From a virus (taxonomy: Duplodnaviria > Caudoviricetes), in IMG/VR virus record IMGVR_UViG_3300032093_000805, positions 1-24,427 of that record: a DNA stretch of 24,427 bases; one strand, written 5' to 3'. Made by a program: the position numbers and the translations under genes. This document shows positions 15,632 through 24,427 of this stretch, piece after piece (the first letter of the stretch is position 1; the number at the start of each line of letters is the position of its first letter). A model generated the notes under the pieces. The model saw nothing but the letters and a program-made list of their open reading frames with translations. It had not been told where the DNA came from and did no database searches.

Positions 15632-17259
15632 GAATTCCTACCGAACCGCTTGACCGCGAGATGTTTTACTTAGACATCATGCAAAAGTGCATGGTGTCAG
15701 TCGAAATGCGTAAGACCGACTACATGGGTCTGAAGGCTTACTACCAGTTTGGCTCAGGGCCAGAGGAAGCGCCAGCGCAATACAACAAAATCTTCCCGCA
15801 TATAGACCAGCTATCAGCCTTTATGTATGCGGCTGACTCTACGCGCTTTTCAATCAACATTGGTGCATCGCAACCGATCCACTATCACAAGATGGTGCCG
15901 GTGCTGACCAAGGCGCTCTATGACTACTGGCTAAACAGTAATACCGATCAAGTTTTCGGACAGGCGCTTAACTGGTCATTTTGCTATAACAGCACATTTA
16001 TTAAGCCTGTATGGCGCAACGGCATCCACCCCTACATGGTTGAGCCTAGCGCTATGGGAGTGCTTAGAGAAGACACGCCTTACACCGATAGGCAAGAAGC
16101 CATGGTGCAAATCTACTACATGACCCGTAGTGAATTGTTTTCAAGGCTGTGGTCGCATCCTAAGCGCGAAGAATTAATTAGACGGATTACCTTTAGTCAG
16201 CAGGAAACCAAAGGTGACGCATCTGGTGTGGATCGTGTCATTACCTCTGCCACTAACCCAACAATTTACGGAAACATTAACCTAAACCTTGCAGGCATTA
16301 ACCGTTACGTGCCCATGGTGGCTGAAGACACGGTAGAAATGCGCGAGCTTTGGATTTATGACGATGATCTAGGCGATTATGTCTGCGTCACGATTGCTGA
16401 CCCAGATGTGGTTATCTATGACCGTCCATCGAAGATGATGTTCCTTGAAGGCGAAGTGCCTTTTGTGCAAATCTGCCCCAACCCACAGTATGACTACTAC
16501 TGGGGACAGTCTGAGGTGCAAAGACTGGTGTTCCTGCAAGACATGAGGAACAAACGCACCACGCAGATCATGCAATTACTGGACAAACAGGTAAGCCCAC
16601 CCACAGCTTTGATGGGCTTTACAGGTATTTTGGATGAGAAAAACTTTGCCTTGCAACGTGCAGCGGGCCTTCTGGCTACCGATATGCCTAACGCAAAGGT
16701 TGAACAATTCACTCCAGACATACCAAACGACATCTTTAGAGAGATTGCTGAGATTGATGCCATGTTTGCGGAGGCTTCCGGTATCGTTTCCGTTCTGCAA
16801 GGCCGGGGTGAAAGTGGTGTTCGTAGCGCTGGACATGCCTCGCAACTGGCTCGACTCGGCTCTTCACGGGCTAAAAAGCGGGCATTGGTCGTAGAAAGTG
16901 CGCTTGAAAAGCTAGCTACTGTCTATTTGAAGATGATGATGGTGTATGACGATACATCGTATGTAGATGAAGACGGGAAGAAGTTTATAGCAGCGCAGTT
17001 TACAGAAGACTTTAACGTCAAAGTAGACGCGCACAGCAATAGCCCAATCTTCATGGAAGACATGCGGGAACTGGCTTTCAGCCTCTTCCAAGCTGGTACG
17101 ATCAGCAAAGAGCGCTTAATTGAGATGCTTGACCCACCAATGAAGCAACTATTGCTTGAAGACTTGAAAAAGCAGGTTCAGAATGTGCAGACACCGCAAA
17201 GCCCTGAGATTCCTCAAGGTCAACCGGCAATTGCACCAGTAGCGGAGGATATGCAATGA
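15628..17259 (+). CDS. Portal protein
   Basis: 543 aa after terL; VPF, YYWGQSEV, SG...VLQG.G.SG patterns and Q/P-rich tail as in podoviral portals. Confidence 0.8.
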   Translation: MRIPTEPLDREMFYLDIMQKCMVSVEMRKTDYMGLKAYYQFGSGPEEAPAQYNKIFPHIDQLSAFMYAADSTRFSINIGASQPIHYHKMVPVLTKALYDYWLNSNTDQVFGQALNWSFCYNSTFIKPVWRNGIHPYMVEPSAMGVLREDTPYTDRQEAMVQIYYMTRSELFSRLWSHPKREELIRRITFSQQETKGDASGVDRVITSATNPTIYGNINLNLAGINRYVPMVAEDTVEMRELWIYDDDLGDYVCVTIADPDVVIYDRPSKMMFLEGEVPFVQICPNPQYDYYWGQSEVQRLVFLQDMRNKRTTQIMQLLDKQVSPPTALMGFTGILDEKNFALQRAAGLLATDMPNAKVEQFTPDIPNDIFREIAEIDAMFAEASGIVSVLQGRGESGVRSAGHASQLARLGSSRAKKRALVVESALEKLATVYLKMMMVYDDTSYVDEDGKKFIAAQFTEDFNVKVDAHSNSPIFMEDMRELAFSLFQAGTISKERLIEMLDPPMKQLLLEDLKKQVQNVQTPQSPEIPQGQPAIAPVAEDMQ

Positions 17260-17429
17260 GTCAAAACATGCCAGAGGGCAATCTGCGTACCGGCGATCAG
17301 CCCCGGATGACAGAAGGTGCCTTGAAAAACGAGCAGCGCGGTGAGGGAAAGATCAGTTATACCCGGCAAGCGCAGCGCACAAACTTCCCCCGTGCTTCCT
17401 ACGGTACACGATACATGCGTAAATCATAA
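17256..17429 (+). CDS. Small protein, 57 aa (not in ORF track)
   Basis: MSQNMPEGNLRTGDQPR...YGTRYMRKS*; GGAGG upstream, ATGA overlap with the portal stop. Confidence 0.65.
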   Translation: MSQNMPEGNLRTGDQPRMTEGALKNEQRGEGKISYTRQAQRTNFPRASYGTRYMRKS

Positions 17430-17460
17430 GTGGGGAAAATGCACTCACCCACTTTTTTTT
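17428..17460 (+). terminator. Rho-independent terminator between packaging and head genes
   Basis: AAGTGGG-N13-CCCACTT running into a T8 tract. Confidence 0.7.
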
Positions 17461-17519
17461 GGTTGACATGATAGTTTTGGTCAATCGAAAATCCGCACAT
17501 CATAGGGACAGGTGAGTCT

Positions 17520-17951
17520 ATGGCTGTTTCAAGCAAACAAATGATGGACATGATTAAGCAGGAGCAGGGCGATACCGCCACTGCGCCTACGCCGCCGCCA
17601 TCAGAGCAGGGGGCACTAACACCTCCGATGCCTTCACCAATGTCTACCCCAGAGCCGCAAGCAGGCATGCAAGAGCAGGCACGATTAAACGTGATGATGG
17701 CCTTAGACATGCTGCAAAACGCTTTGCAAACTTTTGGCATGGCCTCCGAAGAAGGTCAGGCACTACAAGATGTGGTTTCCAAGATCACTGCCAAGTTTGG
17801 TTCCCGTGAGTCTGAGACTCGCCAGCTAATGCCAGCAGAGATTATGAATTTGGTTCAAACCTTGCCACAGGCGGGTGGTGCTACGCCTGAAGCAAGGGCC
17901 GTAGCACAAGCACCAGTACCCGGTACTCAACAACCTGTAATGCCTATTTAG
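17520..17951 (+). CDS. Hypothetical head-module protein
   Basis: P/Q/M-rich, 143 aa, between portal and capsid. Confidence 0.7.
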   Translation: MAVSSKQMMDMIKQEQGDTATAPTPPPSEQGALTPPMPSPMSTPEPQAGMQEQARLNVMMALDMLQNALQTFGMASEEGQALQDVVSKITAKFGSRESETRQLMPAEIMNLVQTLPQAGGATPEARAVAQAPVPGTQQPVMPI

Positions 17952-17961
17952 GAGAATTTCC

Positions 17962-18147
17962 ATGGAACTTTTCAAACCGCGTGGTTCGCTGCAACCCCGC
18001 CGCCCGACGGACAACACCCAACAAAACGGTCAGATCGTGAATACCCCGCGTATGGCTGAGTTTGGTGGCTTGACCTCACCGAGCAAAATTGGCGCTAAGA
18101 ACAAGATGACTCTTAGCAAGCCGGGTGATACCAAAAAAGTAATCTAA
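17962..18147 (+). CDS. Small head-module protein
   Basis: 61 aa with AGGAG SD. Confidence 0.7.
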   Translation: MELFKPRGSLQPRRPTDNTQQNGQIVNTPRMAEFGGLTSPSKIGAKNKMTLSKPGDTKKVI

Positions 18148-18167
18148 CTGACGAAAGGGGCTAACAA

Positions 18168-18698
18168 ATGTCATTAGAAAATCTATCACCAGAAGCACAA
18201 CAAGAACTTGCAATCCTTGCAAAAAATCTGTTTGAAGACCCACGTACTCGCAAACCGTTTTTGCATCTGACCAAGCAGGTTCGCCCGGATGTTCCGATTC
18301 CAGAAGTGGAAATCGAAGAGCAAACGAATAAGGTTCTATCCGAAGCCAAGGCTGAAGTACAGAGTCTAAAAGACCAGATACGTCAGAAAGAGGCACGGGA
18401 AGAGCTTGAGAAACGCCGTCAATCTCTGATTAAAAAGGGCTTGATTGACTCCGAAGACGATATTAAGGAAGTCGAAAAAGTCATGGTTGAGAAGGGAATA
18501 GCGAATCACGAAACCGCTGCTGAGTACCATGCGTACATGAAGCAGATGGCAGCACCTACACCATCGCAGTTTCCGCAGCCCGTAATGTCGAAGTTTAATA
18601 CCAAGGATTTTATGAAAAATCCTGTAGGCGCAGCCCGTGATGCAGCACATGCGGCACTAGCGGAGTTTAGGAAGAATCCCAAGCCAATTGGTTTGTGA
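18168..18698 (+). CDS. Putative scaffolding protein
   Basis: Charged coiled-coil protein immediately before the capsid gene. Confidence 0.6.
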   Translation: MSLENLSPEAQQELAILAKNLFEDPRTRKPFLHLTKQVRPDVPIPEVEIEEQTNKVLSEAKAEVQSLKDQIRQKEAREELEKRRQSLIKKGLIDSEDDIKEVEKVMVEKGIANHETAAEYHAYMKQMAAPTPSQFPQPVMSKFNTKDFMKNPVGAARDAAHAALAEFRKNPKPIGL

Positions 18699-18735
18699 TT
18701 CTGATGGTTTAGGGGCTTTTTTCTAGGAGATCAAA

Positions 18736-19737
18736 ATGCCTATTGGCGGTGGAATTATCCCGGCCTCTGGGAGTCAACAATACACGGAACTGACTTACGT
18801 CACGCGCCGTGCGTTTATTCCCAAGATGGTCGTGCAGATTTACAACTCTACGCCCCTCATGGCTGCACTGATCGCCAATAGTCAAACCGCTTCTGGCGGT
18901 GTGTCATCGGTGACGGTGCCCGTTCAGGGGTCGCAGTTTGTCAACGCTCAGTGGTCGGATTATTCCGGCTCTTTTGCACAGCCTAGCGTTCAGCAAGGCG
19001 CGTACAACGCTGAGTTTAACCTCAAGTTACTGGTGTCTCCCGTACCGTTCCTCGGTATGGAAGGTGCGGTACAGCAAGACTACGCAATCATCCCTCTCAT
19101 TGAGGCTCGCATGAATGACGCGACCAACGTGATGATGGATGCTATGGCGACATCGCTGTATACCAACACATCGGATACTCAGCAATTCACCGGACTGCCC
19201 ATCGCTGTTGATTCTGCCGGTACTTACGGTGGCATTGATCGCGGTAGCTACTCTTGGTGGGCTTCCAAAGAGTATGCCGCTGGTTCGGTCAATCCTACCC
19301 GCCAGAACGTACTTCAGTACATCTCCGGCACAGTGAAGAACTGCGCTGAAGTGCCCACCTTTGGTGTGTGCGGCTTTGGTACTTGGACTTTGCTTGCTCA
19401 AGACTACGTAGGTCAAGAGCAGTACATGATTACTCCGGGTTCCGGTTTTGATGGTGATGCCAATGGCCCGCAGGCTGCTTTCCGCGCCCTGATGGTTGCT
19501 GGTGTGCCGATCTATCCCGATCCGTACTGCCCGGAAGGCACTCTCTACCTGCTGAACACTAACTACCTGTCCCTGTATATCCATGAGCAGGCATCGTTTG
19601 CGTTCACCGGCTTTGAGTCAACCCTGCCCAACTTCCAGATTGGTTATGTTGGCGCAGTGCTGATGATTGCTGAAATGGTAAGCACCAAGCCTAAGTCGAT
19701 GACTAAGGTGACTGGCTACAACTCTCTGTCACTGTAA
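18736..19737 (+). CDS. Major capsid protein
   Basis: 333 aa, AGGAG SD, biased codon use, position after scaffold; STPL, FTGL, TYGGIDR, GVPIYPDP.CP.G..Y.LNT patterns consistent with an HK97 fold. Confidence 0.82.
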   Translation: MPIGGGIIPASGSQQYTELTYVTRRAFIPKMVVQIYNSTPLMAALIANSQTASGGVSSVTVPVQGSQFVNAQWSDYSGSFAQPSVQQGAYNAEFNLKLLVSPVPFLGMEGAVQQDYAIIPLIEARMNDATNVMMDAMATSLYTNTSDTQQFTGLPIAVDSAGTYGGIDRGSYSWWASKEYAAGSVNPTRQNVLQYISGTVKNCAEVPTFGVCGFGTWTLLAQDYVGQEQYMITPGSGFDGDANGPQAAFRALMVAGVPIYPDPYCPEGTLYLLNTNYLSLYIHEQASFAFTGFESTLPNFQIGYVGAVLMIAEMVSTKPKSMTKVTGYNSLSL

Positions 19738-19747
19738 GGGGAAAACC

Positions 19748-20074
19748 ATGTCACTTACCACAAACAAAATCATCCTTGCCGCAGCAGCGTCTAATACCGC
19801 TGGTGCATACTTCCAGACCAGCACTGTTACTGCTATTGATTCCGGAAACGGAACCCTAGTGCCCACTGGTATTTACCTCTTGGTGCCATCAGCAAACGTC
19901 ACCGTGATTGCAAATACTGGCTCGGCTAATAGCACGATCATGGCTGCTAATACTGGTGGTGTTGTTATCTCTGACGGTATTAACGTCTGGGTTAAGAACG
20001 CTAGCGGCAATGCAACCGTTACCCTGATCGGCATTAACGACGGTCAGGCTGCTCCCGAAACCTTTGCAGTGTAA
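19748..20074 (+). CDS. Virion structural protein (possible decoration)
   Basis: A/T/N/G-rich beta-type composition, directly after the capsid gene. Confidence 0.6.
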   Translation: MSLTTNKIILAAAASNTAGAYFQTSTVTAIDSGNGTLVPTGIYLLVPSANVTVIANTGSANSTIMAANTGGVVISDGINVWVKNASGNATVTLIGINDGQAAPETFAV

Positions 20075-20084
20075 GGAGTAGACA

Positions 20085-20483
20085 ATGGACGCAAATCACG
20101 TAGGTAGCAACTATCCCAACGAGTTTGGTAATTTCCGACTTGCAAGCCTGCCCGGTCAGTCGCTTGCTACGACAGGGGATACCAACCTTGTTGTGATGGA
20201 AGCATCTAAGTACATTGTGCGTCGCATTACGCTTACTAACTTTAGTGGCAATGCAGCGGCGGCAAACGTCGGTGTTTACACGGCTGCAACCCGTGGCGGC
20301 ACCGCGATTGCTGCTGTCAAGGCATATACCGGCGCTGATTCAACGTCGGCTTATGTTGATATGACTCTTTCGGCTGCTGCAAACGCCAACGTAGTTACAA
20401 CGCAGGCGCTATTTTTCAACATAGCTAATGCTGCAAGCGTAACTTGTGACGTTAATTTGTATGGGGACATCGTTTCTTTATGA
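20085..20483 (+). CDS. Virion structural protein
   Basis: A/T/N-rich, AAGGAG SD. Confidence 0.6.
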   Translation: MDANHVGSNYPNEFGNFRLASLPGQSLATTGDTNLVVMEASKYIVRRITLTNFSGNAAAANVGVYTAATRGGTAIAAVKAYTGADSTSAYVDMTLSAAANANVVTTQALFFNIANAASVTCDVNLYGDIVSL

Positions 20484-20833
20484 CAAAGCCAGTGTATGTC
20501 ACTAACCGTGGAATGACTTTTACGGCTCGGTACTCAAACCAAGACATTAAGTTTCCAACTAATGAAGAGGTTGAGATTACCGATATAGTGGCAAGACACT
20601 TGTTTGGTTATGGAGAAGACGATAAAGAACCGTATTTTGTAAGGCTTGGTTGGATGAAGATGAACACCGATTTTGAGAAGGCCATGAGCCGACTCAGCGA
20701 GTTTACATTTTCATCAGAGCCTAACAAGAAAGTCCACTTGTCAGCCCCGGTGGTGGAACGAGTAGCCGCGCCAATGCCCAAAGCCTACAAAGCTGAGAGC
20801 AAAGGCGTGGCAAAAGTCCAGCAATTACAGTAA
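20480..20833 (+). CDS. Hypothetical protein
   Basis: 117 aa, ATGA-coupled. Confidence 0.65.
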   Translation: MTKPVYVTNRGMTFTARYSNQDIKFPTNEEVEITDIVARHLFGYGEDDKEPYFVRLGWMKMNTDFEKAMSRLSEFTFSSEPNKKVHLSAPVVERVAAPMPKAYKAESKGVAKVQQLQ

Positions 20834-20842
20834 TGAGTAAAA

Positions 20843-21481
20843 ATGCCTACTCTGAACGAATACATCACCGATACAAGGCGGTTGCTGCACGACGTTAATG
20901 GTAATTTTTGGACTGACGCTGAATTAACTTCATACATTAACGAAGCCCGTGCCAACACTGTCCGAGACAGTGGATGCAGGCGTATCCTGCAAACTCATAC
21001 GCTAAGTATTGGCGTTGAGACAATAGCATTTTCTGCCCTGCCGCAAGGTAGCAGCACACTTGATGTGCTTAATATCAATTTGTACTGGGGTGATAGCCGC
21101 TGGCCCATGTATTACATGGCTTGGACGGACTTCAATGCCCAACTACGGTTTTGGCAGAACTACAATGGGAGGCCCATAGGGTTTTCAATGTATGGCTACA
21201 AAACAATCTACATCGGGCCAAAGCCCGACCAAACGTACACTGTGGAATTGGATACTGTCGTTCTTCCGACCCCGCTTGTCACAGGGGCCGATCCAGAAAC
21301 TCAAATCCCAGACCCGTTCACAGAAGCAGTCCCATATTTCGCAGCGTACAAAGCAAAGTACCAAGAGCAGTCCTACGGTGAAGCGGAAATCTTTAAGCAA
21401 GAGTACACGAAAGAAATCCTTGGCTGTCTAAACAGCACCTTCACGCGCCGAATTCCGTCTGTTTATCAGTCGGGGTACTAA
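20843..21481 (+). CDS. Head-tail adaptor protein
   Basis: FWTDAELTSYINEA N-terminal helices, GRP, IYIGP.PD..Y and A.YKA.Y motifs typical of podoviral adaptors. Confidence 0.68.
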   Translation: MPTLNEYITDTRRLLHDVNGNFWTDAELTSYINEARANTVRDSGCRRILQTHTLSIGVETIAFSALPQGSSTLDVLNINLYWGDSRWPMYYMAWTDFNAQLRFWQNYNGRPIGFSMYGYKTIYIGPKPDQTYTVELDTVVLPTPLVTGADPETQIPDPFTEAVPYFAAYKAKYQEQSYGEAEIFKQEYTKEILGCLNSTFTRRIPSVYQSGY

Positions 21482-23224
21482 ATGGCTGCGGTAGAGCAGA
21501 AAAAGTCTTATTTCGTAAGCAAAGACTTTCGCGGCATAAACGTCAAAAACAACCGTACTGCCATTGAGCAGGGCGAGTTTGCGTGGTTAGAGAACACGCA
21601 GCCAATCGGCTACGGCAACGTCAAGATTGTTAATGCCCCGCAAAACGTAGCCAATGTGGCCTTTGCCAATACTGTAACGTATATGGCATCAGCCAATATC
21701 AACAATACTGAGTTTATGTTTGGCTTTGAGGAAAATGGCGCTGCTCAGTATGTTGACCTAACTACCAATACTCTTGGCAACCTCGCTGCTGCCAATACAT
21801 TTTCCAATGCTGACGTACAGATCGTACAGTGGAAAAATGACCGTATTTTGATTATTGATCCGGCTAGAGGCTACAAAACTTGGGACGGAACAAACCTAAA
21901 TAGCATTGGATCAATAGGTTCAGTCACTATAAATAACGGTGGCTCAAACTACACAAACGTAGTGGTAACCATTGGTGGCCCCGGAGAGCCGGGAGGTGTC
22001 ACCGCTACGGCTGAAGCTGTACTGGTCGGCAATGCAATTGCAGACATCATCATTACGGAGGCAGGATATGGCTACACATCTGCACCTACAATCACGATCA
22101 CAGGTTCTACCGGGTCGGGCGCTAACGTCACTTGCGCTCTTTTTAACCAAAATGGCACTGGTATTGCCACTTTCTCTGGTCGTACTTGGATTGCTGATGG
22201 TCGTACAGTTTATTACTCTGCCGCTGACACTTTTAATGACTTTGTGTCGATTTCTTCTGGGTTCATCACACTTACCGACTCAACGCTAAGAACCGACATA
22301 TCGGCAATTATTTCCGCTAATAACTTTCTTTACGTCTACGGTGAAGACTCTATTAACGTCTTTTCCGATGTACGGATCAATAGCACCACTGGCGAGACAA
22401 TCTTCACCAATACCAACGTCAGCGCATCCATTGGCTCAAACTTTAAGTACGCCATTTTTCCGTACTTTAGGTCAATGCTGTTTCTTAACCGATACGGCAT
22501 CTACGCTTTAGTCGGTGCCACGACCAGCAAAATTAGTGACAATATAGATGGCTTAATTACCAACATTGACTTTACTCAGCCGATCACTGGCGGTCAGGTG
22601 CTAATCAATAACCTGCTTTGCGCCGCTTGGACGTTTACGTATAACGAGCCAACAAACGGCACCCCAACGCCGCGCAAGATTCAAGCTATCTTTTTTGACC
22701 GTAAGTGGTTCATTACCGATCAGGGCAGCACCATTACCCGGACGGCCTCGGCAGTGCAGTCGGGCAATATCCTGATGTTTGGCACAACCGGCACGGATTT
22801 AATTAAATTTTATGCCGACTCTACTTCCGGCATTGAATGGGAAATCCAAACTGCCCTATGGCCTATGGGTGACCCAATTCGGGACAAACAAGCCTTAAAG
22901 GTCGGCATTGAAGCTACTCTTTCCACTGGTTTTGCTAACTTTGACTGCTACATAGATTCGGAAAACCAGCAGTCCCCACCAATTGATTTTGCCAATTCTA
23001 TCGACTGGATCAATAACTCCAGTCAGGTAGTGCAGTGGACTAACAACAGCAGCAATTTTATTGGCTGGACATCGAATTTTGTGCAGGGCGGTACAGACTA
23101 TTATTTATACAGATCAGACGCTAAGATGTACGGTAAATATCTTGGCATTACATTAACTGGTGAGACGGCACCGTTCACCATAAACGGCTTCCAGTTGGAG
23201 CATGAATTGAGAGCGAGGTTCTAA
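21482..23224 (+). CDS. Tail nozzle / DNA stabilisation protein (P22 gp10 or tubular B-like)
   Basis: 580 aa, beta-rich, F.GIN start, GRTWIA..RTVYYS; follows the adaptor. Confidence 0.65.
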   Translation: MAAVEQKKSYFVSKDFRGINVKNNRTAIEQGEFAWLENTQPIGYGNVKIVNAPQNVANVAFANTVTYMASANINNTEFMFGFEENGAAQYVDLTTNTLGNLAAANTFSNADVQIVQWKNDRILIIDPARGYKTWDGTNLNSIGSIGSVTINNGGSNYTNVVVTIGGPGEPGGVTATAEAVLVGNAIADIIITEAGYGYTSAPTITITGSTGSGANVTCALFNQNGTGIATFSGRTWIADGRTVYYSAADTFNDFVSISSGFITLTDSTLRTDISAIISANNFLYVYGEDSINVFSDVRINSTTGETIFTNTNVSASIGSNFKYAIFPYFRSMLFLNRYGIYALVGATTSKISDNIDGLITNIDFTQPITGGQVLINNLLCAAWTFTYNEPTNGTPTPRKIQAIFFDRKWFITDQGSTITRTASAVQSGNILMFGTTGTDLIKFYADSTSGIEWEIQTALWPMGDPIRDKQALKVGIEATLSTGFANFDCYIDSENQQSPPIDFANSIDWINNSSQVVQWTNNSSNFIGWTSNFVQGGTDYYLYRSDAKMYGKYLGITLTGETAPFTINGFQLEHELRARF

Positions 23225-24091
23225 ATGGCACTTCCGGTAACTATTCCTAATACGTTTGCTAACGCAACAACGTCGATCCCGCTATCTCAATTAGATGGCA
23301 ATTTCTCTACACTTGCAAACGCTATAAACGGTATAAACAGTGGCGCTGAAACGCTTGTCAATCTAAAGGCAAGCAATGTCACAATTACCGGGGGCACGAT
23401 TAGCAACGTCACGCTAGATAACGTCACGGTACAGACCGAGACATTTGATAACGTCACCATGTCAAACGTGACGATTACAAGCGGTAATGCCACGCTGACA
23501 AATGTCACAGCTACCCAAGCTAACCTAACCACGGCTAATGTAACCAACCTGCAATCCGGTAACGTAGTCATTACTGGCGGCACACTAACTGGAATTACAG
23601 CGGCAAACATTGCTGGCGCTAACATTTCTAGTGGCAACGTGACCGTAACCATTGCTTCTCTGGCTAACGGCAATGCTGCCAGCCCGTCACTAAGATTTAC
23701 GGACGATACTGACACGGGTATCTATAACTCAGGTGCCAATGCCATATCGTTTACTGAGGGCGGCACAGGCTACCGGATTGGCTATCGTAATATCCCTGAT
23801 GGTGGGCCAAAGAATACGTCTTATACGCTGACCACAGCCGATATTGGCAAATACGTACAGATTACATCAGGCGGGTCGATTACTGTTCCTGATGGCACGT
23901 TTTCTAATGGTGATGCTGTGTCACTATTTAATAACACCAATGCTGCTGTAACGGTCAATTGTGCGATTAGCACAGCCTATATTGCAGGTACAGATAGCGA
24001 TAAGGCTAACGTGTCGCTGGCTACTCGCGGTATTGCCACGATTCTGTTTGCTAATGCTAATGTCTGTGTTATCACAGGGAACGTATCGTAA
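23225..24091 (+). CDS. Tail fibre protein
   Basis: LSQLDGNF N-terminal anchor, five-residue NVT repeats, SPSL.F..DTDTGIY, YTL..AD.GK. Confidence 0.75.
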   Translation: MALPVTIPNTFANATTSIPLSQLDGNFSTLANAINGINSGAETLVNLKASNVTITGGTISNVTLDNVTVQTETFDNVTMSNVTITSGNATLTNVTATQANLTTANVTNLQSGNVVITGGTLTGITAANIAGANISSGNVTVTIASLANGNAASPSLRFTDDTDTGIYNSGANAISFTEGGTGYRIGYRNIPDGGPKNTSYTLTTADIGKYVQITSGGSITVPDGTFSNGDAVSLFNNTNAAVTVNCAISTAYIAGTDSDKANVSLATRGIATILFANANVCVITGNVS

Positions 24092-24427
24092 TGTCATCTA
24101 CACAACAGTTAATACTTGGCGAAGGCGCTGGTGGTGCGCCAGCAGGCTATCAGATCGAGCGCAGTCTGCGGTTCAACTCTGCAAATAGTACTTATCTGGA
24201 CAGGACTCCTGCGTCTGCTAGTAACCGTAAGACTTGGACTTGGAGTGGTTGGGTTAAGCGGAGTACGCTGGGAAATCAAGTTTTATTAGATGCTGGAACT
24301 GCACCTAACACATTTTTTCGTTTTGACACAAATGAAAAACTTGCGTTTGCGGATTACACATCAGGGCCAACATACAACATTGAACTTATAACAACTCAAG
24401 TATTCCGTGATTTTGGTGCGTGGGGGC
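24091..24427 (+). CDS. Tail protein with concanavalin A/LamG-like domain (5' part only)
   Basis: TAATG overlap; MSSTQQLILG...SLRFNS...YL.RTP...NRKTWTWSGWVKR...FRD..AW; open to the window end. Confidence 0.72.
   Translation, partial: MSSTQQLILGEGAGGAPAGYQIERSLRFNSANSTYLDRTPASASNRKTWTWSGWVKRSTLGNQVLLDAGTAPNTFFRFDTNEKLAFADYTSGPTYNIELITTQVFRDFGAWG

Noticed and set aside
19027-19584. 185-aa antisense ORF in the capsid gene, and similar shadow ORFs elsewhere
   Set aside because: Explained by codon bias of the sense gene; no SD or recognisable motifs.
1-24427. tRNA, rRNA, integrase, reverse transcriptase or stop-codon recoding
   Set aside because: None seen; genes tile densely under the standard code and all three stop codons are used.

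Overview
The window is most of a tailed dsDNA phage genome with a podovirus-like head/tail module. The host is probably a proteobacterium (inference). Left to right: the end of a lysis module (3TM holin, M15 peptidase endolysin, two small basic proteins, terminator); a leftward early operon (HNH, small proteins, two glycosyltransferase-like genes, YqaJ exonuclease, RecT-like annealase, HTH, SSB-like, secreted Cys-rich peptide, resolvase-like nuclease, PAPS-reductase-like protein); a 460-bp non-coding block with DnaA boxes, palindromes and hairpins; a short leftward accessory operon with membrane peptides, a truncated beta-clamp homologue and a repeated two-hairpin RNA element; a divergent control region; and a rightward late operon (two methyltransferases, TerL, portal, scaffold, capsid, adaptor, nozzle, tail fibres). 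The strongest unusual signals are: (1) an A_AAA_AAG -1 frameshift site that would fuse the annealase to the HTH domain; (2) no recognisable polymerase, primase, helicase or initiator, but a DnaA-box locus next to a beta-clamp fragment that keeps the partner-binding pocket motifs and lacks ring-forming parts; (3) a covarying two-hairpin RNA repeated in gene leaders; (4) near-total avoidance of CCWGG. All calls come from motif reading by eye; no searches were run.
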